Position numbers and translations under genes: made by a program. A stretch of DNA of 62,319 bases, the filler included, from Choristocarpus tenellus KU-1152 (taxonomy: Eukaryota > Protista > Phaeophyceae), in NCBI GenBank assembly GCA_964200185.2. It is 8 parts of 8 records of this genome, joined end to end, with 100 filler letters (N's around TTAATTAATTAA, not from the genome) between each part and the next. Parts side by side here need not be neighbours in the genome. Positions count along the whole stretch, not along the records: positions 1 to 19,281 come from CAXNAD020000478.1; 7 more parts are not named here. One strand, given 5' to 3'. Shown in pieces: positions 1 through 13,900 of the stretch (the first letter of the stretch is position 1; every line of letters begins with the position of its first letter). The notes beneath the pieces are model-generated. The model had not been told where the DNA came from and did no database searches. It saw only the letters and a program-made list of their open reading frames with translations.

Positions 1-3000
1 GGGAGGATGGAGATGATGCTGGGGGGGGGGATGATGAGTATGCCGACGTTCAGGTGAAAATGGAAAGGCAGAAGAAAATGGAAGGGTATTGTTCAAAAAG
101 AGTACTTTTATGTTTGACACTTGTGTTTATTTTCTGGTGGTGTACTATTTTAGTTGGGTCTCTACGCAACCCAGAGACAAGTGGTGTTGCTTTCATTCGG
201 TCAGTGTGTTTAACTTGCATCCATAAACCTGCAATGTATGTACTGCGCAGTCAGTGCTTCCTCATTAGTTTTTATTGTTAATGGCAACCCACACTACCTT
301 CATCCCAAAGGTCTGGACAAACTTGCACAGTGCACCATAGTCCGAGCTGCAGCTTGAGTCCGCTAAACCTTAACAGTTGGAGTGTATATTGTGATTACAA
401 GAATATAGTTAGATATTAATACTATGTTGGGCTGAAATGTTTGAGGCACTATAGAGCATTTGAATATGGGGTTTGAGATAGTTGAATAAGGGCACAAAAG
501 AAGTCCCAACATACACCATGGATAGCAACCTGATCATTCTCAAGCATCGGAAGAGGTTAGAATTAACCCTGAGGGTCACCATGTTCTGGATATGCACTCA
601 CCTGTGAGCTTGAGTTGGAAAAGCAGAACCTGCCTCCTGGGGTGAGGTCGGCCCTTCTGTTAAAGTTTGGTATTTGCCCCCCACAAATTGAACAATTTGT
701 TCAACACCGCATAGAGCACTATTATGATCTGCCAGTCGAACACCGAACTGGGTCTACTGGCATTGATGACTCGGCCAGTACCATCATGTGTTGGTTAAGG
801 GACATGTGGCTTATGGTCAAGTGTTGCTAGCTGCATCCTATCCACTGTCACCACTACAACTTGCACGAGGCCAATTATCTGTGACCAGGCAGGCAGACAC
901 CTGGGGGCATTAGATGACCTGCTGAATGTTGTTCACATGGCATGACATGAGAACGGGATGCCAGAGTTTCCTCATCTCGGAGGTACGTCAGAGAGAGGGA
1001 TGAAATATCACACTGGTGACGCAGCTTCCAGTTTCACTAGATCTCAATATCAACATCATCAACATCTTGGGTCTCAAGCATAGGGTTAGAGCTTTCTGGT
1101 GTGTATCGCTTGAGGAGCTTGTGAGGGGTGCTTGTGCTCAGTATGTGGTTTATGGTGCAGCCACACTAGAATGAAAGTCTGATTAAGGTGTACGTTACAG
1201 TGCTTGAGATTCGTGAGGACAAAATCTTCACAGCAGAGTAGGCAAGATCAGCAGCAGGACAAGGGGCTTGAAAACAAGTTGCAAGTGCGAGAATCGATCT
1301 CATCTACTTCAATGCCTTTGAACTGGTTGATTTTAGGGGAAAGTAACAGTGAAAATGGCATCTGTAACACATTAGATGCCAAGGATTCCGAGAATGCTAT
1401 CAGTTTTAAGGGGAAGTAACAGTGAAAGTGGCATCTGTAACACATTAGATGCCAAGGATTCCAAGAATGCTATCATGATTTTTTTTTGTATAGTGCTTTC
1501 TTCAAGAGCTGCAATGCAGTGGGCCCAGGCTTTTGGGATGGGGGTAGTATGTGAAGGATGTCCCCGTTTCATTGGGTGAGCGGTCTTTTGTCTTTCAGGA
1601 AAATCCATAGAGAGAAATATTTCCCCTTGAGTTATCTCACGGCAAGGTTCAGTTCAGACAATGTTAATTAAGGGCACGTCAATGCCTTGATCAATTCCCA
1701 TGGCCAGTATACATCCCTAAGCCAATACAGCTCAAATATTATGTTACACAAGTGGTGTGTAACAGAAACAGATAATGTAGCAGGAAATGCACATCAATCT
1801 GACATCTGTGATCAGAATGTGGGGGCACTGAGGGTTGACATTAAGGGAGGTCAATGAGCATGTTGGAAATCTCGGATTGTGCTTGAGCCCGGGGATATCT
1901 GTATGGTAGGAAAAAAGTTGATAAGATGCTTCCATTGCTATTTAAAATGACACACTGGGAGCAAATAGTTGGAGCAACTTATTGCGCAGTGAGGCTGCTT
2001 TAGAAAAAAAGAGGAACATACAATCTAATTGGCACCCCCATGGTTGGCGTGAGTCTTGCCTCTGATACAAGTATTTTTTGTAGCGAAGTGCCTGAAGTAG
2101 GTGCTTGAATCTTGTGGGTTGGGGTTGCTTATTATCATTTAACCTGGATCGTCCTCACCCAAGCAGAATTCATGGTACAGTAGTGTTTGTTGTGTTTTAC
2201 CGGGGATTGAATCGGAGAGGCCACTTGTGTATTTCCAGCCATCTATGGTTTATCGATGGTTGTTGCGGGGGGGTTTTGTTTTAGACAATTTGAACCCTAA
2301 CCCTAATGATGACTTTTTCATTTTGTGTTATTTCTCAAGATGGGTGACAGAGTTAGAGGCAAGCAACGAGCAGTTTGAAGCCCTAATAGAGGCTGCTGTT
2401 ACAATGGTTTAATGGTTTCGAAAGAGCGAAAACATCTTGTACTTTGAGTGTGAAGGATTGCATACAGAAACAAGGACTACTCTTCATGGCAACGCATATT
2501 CCCGGACCCTTCTCCTGAGGGCTGATTCGGGAGAGTGTAAATGAAAGATCCAAAGATTAATGGTAGTTTTGTTAGAAAACGCATAAGGAGTCTTCAACTT
2601 GTGAGTCAGCTTGGTACGTGGAGGAGTTTCCCCCTTGATACATCAATTTTTAGATTATTTTTCAAGGCCAGATTCCAATGTGTCCCATTGCTGTTTGTTC
2701 AGGATTCCTTCATTTTTGTTGTTCCTGAGTTGTGTAGCCTTGAAATCCAACGATGTAGTCTCAGGGCCCACCCCAAAGCGCTCTAGAATGCTCCAGAGTA
2801 CTCTGGGGCACTTAGTTGGCTCTTCTGGGGTACGATTGAAATGGCTGGAGGCGGTAGTTTGTGATTTCATCATCAACTACTGGAATCCACAGCAGAATTC
2901 CTTGTGGTTATAATGCTTCACTATGGCTCTGTAGTCAGCCATTAGAAGCTCTCAAAAGCATCTTATCAAGTGCCATAGCTCTCGGAGCGCTCTGTAGTGC

Positions 3001-4494
3001 TGCGGAGGGATTGTGTCATCATGTCATGAGAAGTTTTGATCGTGTCACAATCTTGAAACTCAGCTTTTTGATACCAAATTTGAGTTGCTCTTGACAAAGG
3101 TATCTCAATACCCCACGTTTCCTTCAGTTGAGAAAATAAAAACAGAGCAAAAGGCATATATTTGCAGGCGGTACTTGCTCCCTGCACTGGCAGCGAGAGA
3201 CTAGGCTGGGGAGCCCGTGCCACTACCAGGTGCTGTTGAAAAGATAGAACAGGTGCCACCACTGCACTTTCGCCACCAATAAACATCCCCAGAGGAAACA
3301 TAGTAAGTGTCCGAGTACTCTGTAGTATATCGGTAGCCCTAACCCTAACCCTAATGATCTAAAACGTTGTGAAGTGTGCTCTCAGAAGGTTCTGTTTCAT
3401 GTGCCTCTTGCTGTTCATTGTACATTAGGCTCGATTTTGCAGTGGCTCAATATAGTGAAATGTCCGCCGGACATGCATATCTGAGCATTGGACCCTTAGA
3501 GAGAGGGGAGGTATCGAATTCATTAAAATTGGCCAAATGGTCAATATGCAGTGGTAGTTTTCATTGGGCTGATCAGAAGAGATATACCCTCTCTGTTCTG
3601 GGTGCTGATCACTGGCTTTTAATTCCGTGTTGAGAAAGAGGAAGTGTTACGAAACAGGGGGTTTGGTCCGTGCCCCCCAAGTACCTTGTGGTGGGACTGG
3701 TCTGAAGTGGATACGACAAATAGTAAATACCTTTTGAGTTCAAAAGAAAAGAATATTGCATGAGTTTCTGCAGTTGAAACGTTGAACTGGAATCTCCTTT
3801 GTTCCTCTTCGTTGCAGGGTCAGTAGATACAAGCTGGGGGTTGAAAGAAATATGTTTTGCCGCCAAGGGAAAGATTCTGTAGAGTGCATGTTAGTCAACT
3901 GTTGGTTAGATGTGATTCGCAAGGAAGGTGATGGGGATTGGAGGTGTCCCAACTCGAGCAATTTTCTTCTGTCGATCTACAGTCATATTTTAGTTGTTTT
4001 TTTTGAAGAAACTGAACGTCAATTCTAATCTCTTCTTTGCTTACGCTTTTTTGATGCGGTATGGACGCCTTCTGAAAGGGCTTTCCCGATTGCTTGTTGT
4101 GGCTGATTTTTGATGGGGAGGGTACTCGTCTTTACTGTGTTCTGGTCTTTCCGTGGTGAAAAACCCCCACACAATAGGCCTGCTACAAACCTACCATCAT
4201 TCTTCTAATAATGTATTGTTGAAGACATCTCTTTAGGGCTTTTAATCTCACGGGCAGTCGTTGTGTACTGTTCAGTTCATCTCGTGCTTCTTGCATCCAC
4301 CTGCGCCTTGTGTGTATGTTTTGTGCCAGGGACAAGCAGCAGAGGCTACTTCAGCAGCAACGTCTGCAGCTGTGCGAGCGCATGTGCCAGTCCCATCCCA
4401 AGATGACATCAAAGAGGCCATCCTTGAACGCAAGAAGATGGCGTTGCTGAAGCGATTGGAGGGGGTTGATCCTGTAGATGAATTGGATGAATAG
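1..4494 (+). CDS. ISY1: Pre-mRNA splicing factor ISY1, 3' part (exons <1-53 and 4330-4494)
   Basis: The terminal exon starts after ttgtgccag and encodes ...AHVPVPSQDDIKEAILERKKMALLKR..., matching the ISY1 C-terminal motif (AHVPVPSQxEIEEALxxRKKxELL); stop TAG at 4492-4494. The upstream acidic exon EDGDDAGGGDDEYADVQ ends at a phase-0 GT (54), compatible with the phase-0 acceptor. Additional exons in between are not excluded. Confidence 0.8.
1331..1475. repeat. Tandem duplication of ~73 bp
   Basis: tttta(g/a)ggg(a/g)aagtaacagtgaaa(a/g)tggcatctgtaacacattagatgccaaggattcc(g/a)agaatgctatca occurs at 1331-1402 and 1404-1475. Confidence 0.9.
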
Positions 4495-6049
4495 GATGCA
4501 GGGTGGGGAGTTTGAGTGAGTCGTGTAAAGAATGGAGAAATGGCAATGGTGAACCACAAGTGGCATCACTCTGGCTGGCACTGCCATTGATCCTATAGCG
4601 GTAAACTTTGTTTGGGTACTGCAGGTGGTGCCATTGTGGTTCACTGCTATTGGAAATGGCCCTTGTAGGTCTGGGCAGCTCTTGGAAGCTCTGGGCTGCA
4701 ATGAGTGAGTGTGCAGATAGATACGTGCATATTCTTGTTATCAGAAGGTAGCACAAGTGATGAGAGCTACTGCAATTGTTTGATGCTGCTTGTCTCGTTT
4801 AGTCTGTTATTCTTGGTAATGTTACTACTTGGCATATATTTTTGTGGGGAGATAACATCGATGTTGCTTGCACTCATGATTATGCTGGGCATGTATGTAA
4901 GTAGACCCTGCTGGCAGCACTTACTCTCAATTTTCTACTGTTGTGTGTGGTTTGATGCAACCCCGAAGTTGAATAATTTCCCCTGATGATTTTGTCCACC
5001 TTGCTCTCACTCGATGTCTCCCCACGACATGGCAGGTCAAGCTATAACTCGATCTAATCCTTCCACACATTTGCATAGACCACTTCGTAGCAATGTACCC
5101 ATGGCACACAAGAGAACAAATTCCCCAAGTAATTGACTAATTGTAGATCAGTATTATGGGATTTGTTGAGAGTTCCCTACAAAAAATCTTTTTGTTTTTT
5201 GATACCCATTCCTTGACCTAAGCAAGCATAGGAACAAGGAGAGGGTGTGGTAGTATTCAAATAGAGTTTCATGTGGCAGGTGGTAGTGTTATATAGTGGT
5301 GAAGGCTACAGGGGGTGATGGAGGCGGGTGAGGAGACCCCGTGGTTATCCCTCTCTGCTCTCTCTCTCTCTATGTCTAGGTATAGATATACAGATATGGA
5401 TACGGCCATTGCAGGTCGTGTATACAGTTGGGTGTGTGACAATTTGTCAACTTTTTAACTGCCACATGCAATAGGCGTTTTTATTGTTCAGTAGAGTAGT
5501 TGTGGAATAAGATTTTGAGAACACCACAGCACCATGGTGAGCAGATGCATGAGAGTAAGTACAAGGTAGAAGTATTAATAGTAAAATATAGTAGTGTATA
5601 TTGTCAATATTTGTGTATTAGTGTGAGGGGTCGCAAACCCGTGATGAAAGGGCATCCAGAGGAGATGCATTTTACCACAATTATTTGAAGTGGATTGATA
5701 ATAAGTAAGGCAGAGAAAAATTTGATAAAACAGCAAAAAATAAACTGAACAAGATGAAAAAAGAAGAGAAGAGTCTGTTGAAGGGCGGTAGTCAAGATGT
5801 CAGGCATTGCTCACCAGGACTGAGCAACTGGGACAGAACAGAGTCAATGACACCAGCACTGCCAAGGTCCTACTGGAGAAATAGAAGAAATAGAGTCACG
5901 ATTAGTAACCCACTTTCAAAACATATCATGAAACAGCAAGAAGATACGCCAGAAAAATCAACCCAAAGAAAAGCAGCATTCAGTAGCTAGCAGTGAATAT
6001 GGATGTGCCCTGATCTGTTCGGGCTACCTTAAGCTGTTACTTCAGCATA

Positions 6050-6480
6050 CTGTATGCCTGCTATGACTGCTTCCCAGGTATGCCTCTAATCCAGAAGGTC
6101 TTCGTGTCGATAATCACACAGTCGCACCACCTGTATTGATGTTTTGCCCTTGTATGTCACCCCTTGATCATGAACCCAAATCTCTCCAAGGTCATCTTGC
6201 AAACACACCCACCAGTACTTCTGCTATCTGCCTTGGACTCCACATCCCATCAACAAGTTTCCCAAACACCCAACACCTTCAGGAGTTGCTCATCCCTCAT
6301 GCGTGCAACTGACCCTGAGAACACAAACTTTCCGCTTTCAAACAGCTGCCTTGATACTGGCATGCCCAGTCTTCACAAGGGCATCTTGATTAGATTTTAT
6401 GACAGGGTGTGGCACGTGGTCCCATTTCCAAAATCCAAAACAGTGCAGGAGGATTTTGTGGTGGAGCCTTGAGTGTTTGG
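6050..6480 (-). mobile_element. Decayed RTE-type non-LTR retrotransposon, C-terminal part of the RT ORF
   Basis: Minus-strand translation with stops gives ...FVFSGSVARMRDEQLLKVL...KMTLERFG, resembling the RTE C-terminal signature WAGHVARMxDxRLPK...DLxxFG. Confidence 0.55.
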
Positions 6481-7055
6481 ATCTTAACCTCAGGTTACCA
6501 CCGGTGGTTCTGACATCATATTAATCAAGTGCTTGATTGTACTTATGAGAATGATCCCAAGATTTTTTTAACCATTGGCCAATCTCAGCGGTGGATATCA
6601 CTGTTATCATCGACAGTGATGCCTCCATAGTCCACAAAATTTATTTGTCAGTCCATTTTTAGTTCTGGACCGAAGCCTGGGTCTGCATTGTGTTTGGTAC
6701 CCTGTTTACTGCAGTGGGTTCAATTCAATGTTGACTGGACTGGACTTGCTGCTTTGTTGGGAAATTGAAGGGACATAGTAAGACATACTATATTACCATT
6801 ATTTGCTGTATAATGAACCTAGTTTCACAAGTATAGAGGTGGAGGTGGGCGGTAAAGGTACACATTACCTTGAAAATAATGTAAGGTCACATGAGGGCGC
6901 GAACGGTTTGCGCGAGCACACGCGCGAGATCGAGACCCTGTCAGAGGTTGAAAGAGCATTAGAACAACAGTAAACATAGCGACAATCAATAATAATAATG
7001 ATAGAATGTTGTTCCTTGACAAATCTGCAAAATATCAGAGGCATAATAATAGATA

Positions 7056-8140
7056 GTGGAGCACATCCATCCACCCCCTCCTCTCAACAGGAGCCCCTTC
7101 AGAAGACTTGGCGGGAATCATTGGCCAAGGCTGGGTAACCTAGGGGAACAAGAACCCCTACACCTGTCCCACACTCTAGCAGCCCACGACACCAGGATTA
7201 CAAGGAAGGCACAACATGAAATCACCTGCCTCCGGAACAGGATCCGGTTCAACTATTTCCTGACACAATGGGTCAACCTACCAGAGAGTGCAAAACACGG
7301 AAGGGAAAGTTCTTCACTAGCTCTGGTCCGTCACTAGAGCCAGTGTGAACGAGGGGAAAACGCATGGGCCTCCACACAACCCCTGGAGCCAGCTCGCCAG
7401 ATCCCTCCCATAGAGTTTAGACTCACTGGCAGCAGATCTCTAGGTAGGGAGAGGCCCTATCCAACAGGTGTGCAGTGGCTGGGTACAGGAGGCATAATGT
7501 CAACACCTGAAACGCTCACACTTGCCCTAGGGCAAAGCGACAGGTATGCCAGCACATGCCGATGGTTAAGCGTCTAGGTCAACTCTGCAAAGGAATGGGC
7601 ATCCCTTGCACTACGGGTGATGGTAGCCCATTCACAGTGGACAGGAATTTCCGCATGGATGTGATCTTCCATACTGGGGCACTTGCAGCCGCTGGATCAG
7701 CTCCTTACTGGAACAAAGGTCTCCTCCCGGATGTTGCGTTTGCCGAGGTGCAAGCAGCATCTCATCTGCCACACTCATCCACCAGCAATAGCGTAGTTGC
7801 TGCTGCAGCTGAGGTTCAAAAGCGCACCCACTACGAGGGTTCTTTTGATTCTCATAGTTTTATCCTCAACACCTTCGCGGTGGAAGTTCTGGGCCCCTTG
7901 GTAAGCAAGCAGATATTTCTCTGGATGAGTTGGCTACATACGCAATACAGGGGGGAGGGGCGGGATGTTATAGCAGGAAATGGACTGTCAATTCCCGTCT
8001 ACGACAGATAGTGTCCGTCACAACACAGGTAGCTCTATCAAGACGTGTCATGCGTTTCGAGCTAGAGACACCAGGCAGATTGGGCAAGAAGGGGCCTGTC
8101 AGATTCTTGGGACGCTTCCCTGGCTCCTCTCTCAGTTGTA
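7056..8140 (+). mobile_element. Decayed non-LTR retrotransposon 3' region with restriction-like endonuclease (CRE/R2-type RLE)
   Basis: ORF 7556-8011 and flanks contain ...RMDVIF...DVAF...AAAAEVQKRTHYEGSFD...TFAVEVLGPL, the RPD-D-KxxxY-FAVExxG pattern of RLE-bearing LINEs. The region carries frameshifts and stops. Confidence 0.65.
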
Positions 8141-9179
8141 TAGGGCTAAGCTAGGTTGGAGGCATAGCAGCAATATATACGTAACCTTGTAATTTCCAAG
8201 AATTAAGGGAGTTTTTGTAACATAGCTGGAATTCAGATAGTAAATAGATTCTAGAGAGATATCTTTCACATTTACGACAACTGTTACTCTCACAGGTGTC
8301 GTTGTGAAATTGTGTTGATCTTTTCCCTGACACATCTGTAAAATGTCAGAGGGCATGATAGTATTTATGTTGCTACATAGTGTTCCAGAAAATATCGGCA
8401 TATGTCAGTGTTTCTTAACTGATGTAACGATAACACAACAGACTTTATCTAGGTAGTACTCAAATGGTAATAGTGTTTGGAGAGGTGTGTCTTGTATTAA
8501 CGACAAATGTTGTTTTTACAGGGGCCCTTGTTATTTTTGTTTGGTCTGTTGCCTGACACATGTTCAAAATGCCAAAGGGCATAGAGCCAAACCAATTGAG
8601 AGACATGCAGGCCTGGGTCCTTTTGCAGTCTAAGCCATCTTTCTTACCCTTCCTTGTGCGATACACTCTATTTCACTGATTTATATGCACAATAGTGTAC
8701 CAAGCAGCGAGTTCTAGTATGATTATTAACTTTTGTTTGGGGACTACCTGACTCGTGGTCATAGACACTGCAACCTACACTAAAAAATTACGTCACCCAC
8801 TGAAACTAACTGTTGTTCCGCTACAACTTTGTGCATGCGTTAGTTTATCCATGCTTCTCAAACATTTTGACTCAGCTATCCACCACTAGTTTGTTCGCCT
8901 CGGCATCACTTAGCAGTAAAGTGTTAGTTACCCTGTTCCCGGCCTTGTTCTTACGTGGTACAGGGATATGTAGGATAGTATAGATGTAACCAACACCAAT
9001 AGCAATACTCAATTCCACCCATCCAGTCATTCAGAAGAAGGAAGAAGTCGAAACAACAAAAATATCAACAAAAAAGATCTAAAAGTATATAGAGAATAAA
9101 CATCCACAAGACCGTGACAGTCAACAGGCACCAGCACCAGTGCCAACGAGATTTAATGTGTCCTAAACAATCTCCGTGT

Positions 9180-10600
9180 TTCTTGCCATAAATTATTACT
9201 CATATTGCCACGAAGTTTGCACCAGCATCGGAGAAAAATCATTTTCAGCTTCAACCAGGCTAGTGGCGACGACGGAAGTCATGTTATCGATCTGGTTCTG
9301 ACTTAGCTTGCTGTTGCTTCTTGTCTATTTTGAAGCAGAAGATCATCAGCAAACAGATTATTGACCATAACTTACGGCAGTCAAGTCCATAGATAAGGAT
9401 GGGCAGGACAGGACATATTGAGCAGCATTCCCCCTTCCTTCCGGAATCACATCCGACCATTGAGTGCAATATGACTCAGAAGTTGGACCAATATTGATGC
9501 AATACGTTGGTCCGATTTCAACGTAGGATGCTCCATCACTTTCGTACAAGTAAGGACATACACAATGTGGTCGACGCGACGATATCCATCCCGGTTTGGG
9601 GGGTCCACGTAAGTGTGAGACACTTTGCTCTCTAGTAAAGTGAAGGAGGTGTTGGCAAGTTCAAGTTTGGGAATCTCTGCAAATCTCGCCATGTACACAC
9701 ATATTTGTCAGTTTATCAAGAAGGTATGGGCCTAACATCAACCTGTTCCTATCCCCCCGTCACCTGTGTACACATTTCGTGAGTTCGCATTTTTTAGGTT
9801 AAACAGTTTGTCCGTAAAGGGAGCCTACTTCACAGGTTCGTGCAGGTTCGTTCGGAACTCTTCCGTCTCCATACCTTCCTTCTCGTTTTCTCGTCCCTCT
9901 TTGTAGGCGCAGTTGCAGCGAAACCTACAACGAACCTGGCTGCCATTTGGTGCGCTTGTCATCAGGATCCGAACCTTCATCAACCAGGTGCTGGTCAATT
10001 CTACCTTTAGATTTTCTAGCCAGATAATCGACTTCTTCACTACCAATGCAACATCATGTCTCCCTGTTCCATCCTCGTCTACTCTGCATTAGACAGCATA
10101 GGCACTGTTTTGAATTCGTGCTGTCCAACTCGTATAGTCTCCTGAAGTCCAATTACATATCATCCGATAGGTGCGGCTCGTAGCATTAGGTGACCCCTAT
10201 GACCTACACCATCCGCAGCATTCCTTTTCATCTTACAAACTTTTCAGGTGGCTAATATGACCCTGTCATTCAGATTCTCGAGTGGGTGGCGACCCGTTCC
10301 TCATATTTCTTCCTTTGTACTGCACAGCGTTCGAATGTTCCTTCTCCTCTATCCAGCTTTCTCTCCCTTCGTCACTCTCCTTGTACGGTCTCAGTACTTG
10401 CCCTGATTCTCGCGACATTAATGTCAGTCAACAACTCTCCAACATCGTCGAAACTCATGCTTACTCGCGTGGCGGCGAAATTCCTCGAGGGAGGTGCGCC
10501 AACCACGTTTCGAGCAAGTTGGTCTATCACCCACTTGCCATTCCTTGGTGCCTGTCATCTTCCTCCTCCCCGCCACGGCCCCAATGTAACATGGTCATGC
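9180..10600 (-). mobile_element. Decayed RTE-type LINE 5' region with AP endonuclease
   Basis: Minus-strand fragments RVILAT*KV (ATWNV-like), VIGLQET, VALVVKKSI and SHTY...RRVDHIV are APE motifs. Many stops and frameshifts. Confidence 0.65.
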
Positions 10601-10977
10601 ACCTGCAATACCATTGGAGCATGACCATGTCGTGCTACATACGGAGTAGAGCCTACACGTTGTCTTTGTTGGTGGTTGGGAAGTAACTGGAGACTCCAAA
10701 ACTGGAGTTTGAAGTGTAAGAAGAGAAAGTAACCTTTATCAATGAATCACCTTGGGTTGGCATGTTGCAGGAACTGGAGAGGAAGGAGTGCAAGAACAAG
10801 GTGGTGGGGCATCTTAGAACCTGTTCCATAACATCAAGGACATATCTCTCCTTACAACTACATCAGTTGTGCGATTACTTACAACGCAGCCTTTGAAGTA
10901 CATTGGACTTGGCAATCCCGGTGTCCGAACTCCCGAGGTCTAGGTCGCATCTAGTTTCAAGGGAGGGCGGAGGGATC

Positions 10978-13900
10978 ATGGCTCGCCGGGTAACGTTCGT
11001 AGGGGTTGTGCGCTTTACCGACCGGGTGCTTGTGGCTGGTTACTCTCCCACCGAGGCCAATGATGCCATCGTCATCAAAGAGGTGAATGCATCCCTAACG
11101 GTTGGTTCCCATCCGCAGAAAGAAAGCGAAACGCTCGCTTTGTACCTCCACTTTCACAAGACAAGTTATTTGTTCGAGGGCTTTAAAATACCTTTTTTGT
11201 GCAAGAGCGACCTAAATAGCAGCAGATTATCCTTGAATTTCAACCTGTTTGGTTAGCCCCATTATTATCCGACGTCGTTCGCTTCTATACACATTGAAAT
11301 CCACTGCACTGGTCAAAGTTGTGTATCTTTTTCCTTGCACTTGCTCAATCTCTCAGCACTCAAGCTAAGACTCAATGCGTCTTTTGATTTCTCTTCCCCG
11401 TACACCAGCTCATGTGCAATCCAGACACCTTTGTGGAGCCGCGCAAGCGCTACACATCTGAGGGCGCGATGTTTTGCATCCACTTCACCGCGGACGAGCG
11501 CAACCGAGTGTACACATGCGTGACAGATAAGGATTACCCAGCACGCATCGCCTTCATGATGCTTGAAGAAATGCAGAGCAAATTCCTAACGAAGGTAAAG
11601 CACTGTTGGGAACGGTGAAAATACTAAATTATGAGGTCTGTCTCAACTCTTTTTTGTGTAATGTCTTCAACTGTTTGCGTAGTGCTTTTTTTTTCTGGTA
11701 TTACCACATCGTCAGGCAATTTTTCCTTCTAAATCTTGAGTGCAGACGGATCAACCTCCATTTTTCAAATTCAAGAGTCACCATAGCAATACCTTACCTT
11801 CTATTAATCGATAAGACGTTTTGTATATTTGGAAGCGGTTGTTCATCTGATAAAGGCAGGTTACCCCTCCGTCGACCTGCACACAACTGTTGCATTGGCA
11901 TGGGGTGCATCATTGAACAAGTATCATGCCATCCCCGAATAACTACAGTATAGATTGGAGAAAACTCCATCACATCCAAATCTTCATCAAATATCCCCTT
12001 GAAACCAACAGGTAGGGGAGAAGTCACTTACAGCCAAAGAGGGAAGCCTTAATCGGTCAATGAAGTCGAGCTTCAGCGATCTGTGCATCAAGTATGATGA
12101 TATTCGCAATGTGGATAGAATGGCAGCTGTCCAGGTGATATTCCTATCTCATTCTACACTTATATTTGTATGATGTTGCCCCCGCTGTGAACCTCATCTC
12201 AAGCAGGCAACCTTTCCGAAGTCTTAGCAAACCAGGTTGGCAAGTGTTGGAAGGGTCATCTGGAACGTTTTGTGGGCAAGTAGATCTCCTGAGCACGGTG
12301 TATGGGTTTTTCTTTCAAAGTGAAATTATTTCAAGGTTACCGATCTCTTTTATTCAGTAAGATTCCACTCAATGTCCCTAACATTTGGAGCATGGACCTA
12401 TCTCCCAATGTGACAAGAGCTCATTAATCGGAGCCTTATGGTACTGTTTTATGCTGTTGTTGTTGATGATGTTGTTTGCAAATAATGTATCAAATTTTGT
12501 CGTCAATTTTTCTAAATATGCAATTGACTGATTCATCCACTTTGCAGTAAGATACTGTTTGTTGTGAGAAGTACGCACCCACCACCCCTTTTGAAGGACA
12601 TCTTGTGGATCCACTTCGATTCACCACACACAGTGCTTAGTTATTTTAAGAAGGCGTAAGTGCAGTCTTGACTTCTGCTCAAAGAGTAGGGGTCTGTCCA
12701 GTTAGGAGTGCATCACACTCACGACTCTTCCAGTCCGATACACTATCACTGATACCTATTCAAAGGGAGAGGGGCCGTAATTTTTGTCTCTATCAAGGGG
12801 TTTTGTGAAGTTGCTAAACCTCCATGAACCATTGATATTTCTGAATCATTTTTGCTTTCAGTACATGAAATAAATAGAATATATTTTTCTGTGTGGTTGA
12901 AATAGCTGTGATTGCCAAATCAGGAAGTGGATCCAAAGCTTGCTCATACTATGGGTGAAAGACTTACATTGTACATTATTTTTACAGGTATAATCGTTAG
13001 CTTTGCAGGGCAAGATTTCTACTGGAACTGTGAATGTTGCAATCAGTATAGCAATGTTGACGTGGAAATCTCTGTCAATTTCCCAAATTATACATGCTTT
13101 TTTTTCTGTTTCATTCTATGATGAGGCAACTTAAAAATCAGTTATTTGGAAATCCCTCGTCTCTTTATCATCCCCAAGATTATCTCAAAGAGGAGTACCC
13201 ATTGCACCCATTGGTGGTATCACTATTTACTGCAGGCGTATGGGGGAGGGGGGAGGGTTTCCACGATATGTGGAGAAGGAAGCACAAACTTCGTTCCTCG
13301 TATTATGTTTAAATGGTGGTATACAAACTGCTCTCCTTGTTCAGAATAATATTGAGTCTCTTCCACAGAGGTGGAATGCTGGTTCGTGCCATGGTGACTG
13401 TCCTTACTCTCTATCTTGTTATCATTTTCCAGGACAAAGTTGATGTGGTGAAGACTATCATGGAGGACAACATTCAGCAGATGTTGGCGAACGAGGAGCG
13501 CCTGGACCACATCAGTCAGAATGCAGAGAACCTCAATGAGCAGGTGAAGACCTGTATGCCTTGGTGAAGGCCATGCGCCTTCATTTTTTGCTGCTTCATT
13601 AGGGAGAATTATCCTTTCGCATGTGGTATGACATGAAGAGACATACCGACTTCACTTGTATGAGGCATGTTTTTTTTTTAAAGACCTATTTGCAGGCAGG
13701 CTACCAGTTAAGTTTGAAAAAAAATATTATTTCAGCCAACCCCCCGAGAAAAGTATATGATACCCCACATCGGTGATTGAAATAGGGTCACAGTTTAGTT
13801 AACGGTACAGTATGATAAGACAAGACAAAATTGAAGGTGTAAGTCGATATAGTTACAACAATCATGGTAAAACAGTAGCATCGTACTAACTTGTCGGGGG

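Noticed and set aside
2960-3060. Tyrosine recombinase-like QSLRSTT on the minus strand
   Set aside because: The catalytic His is absent and no other R-H-R-Y motifs are recognisable.
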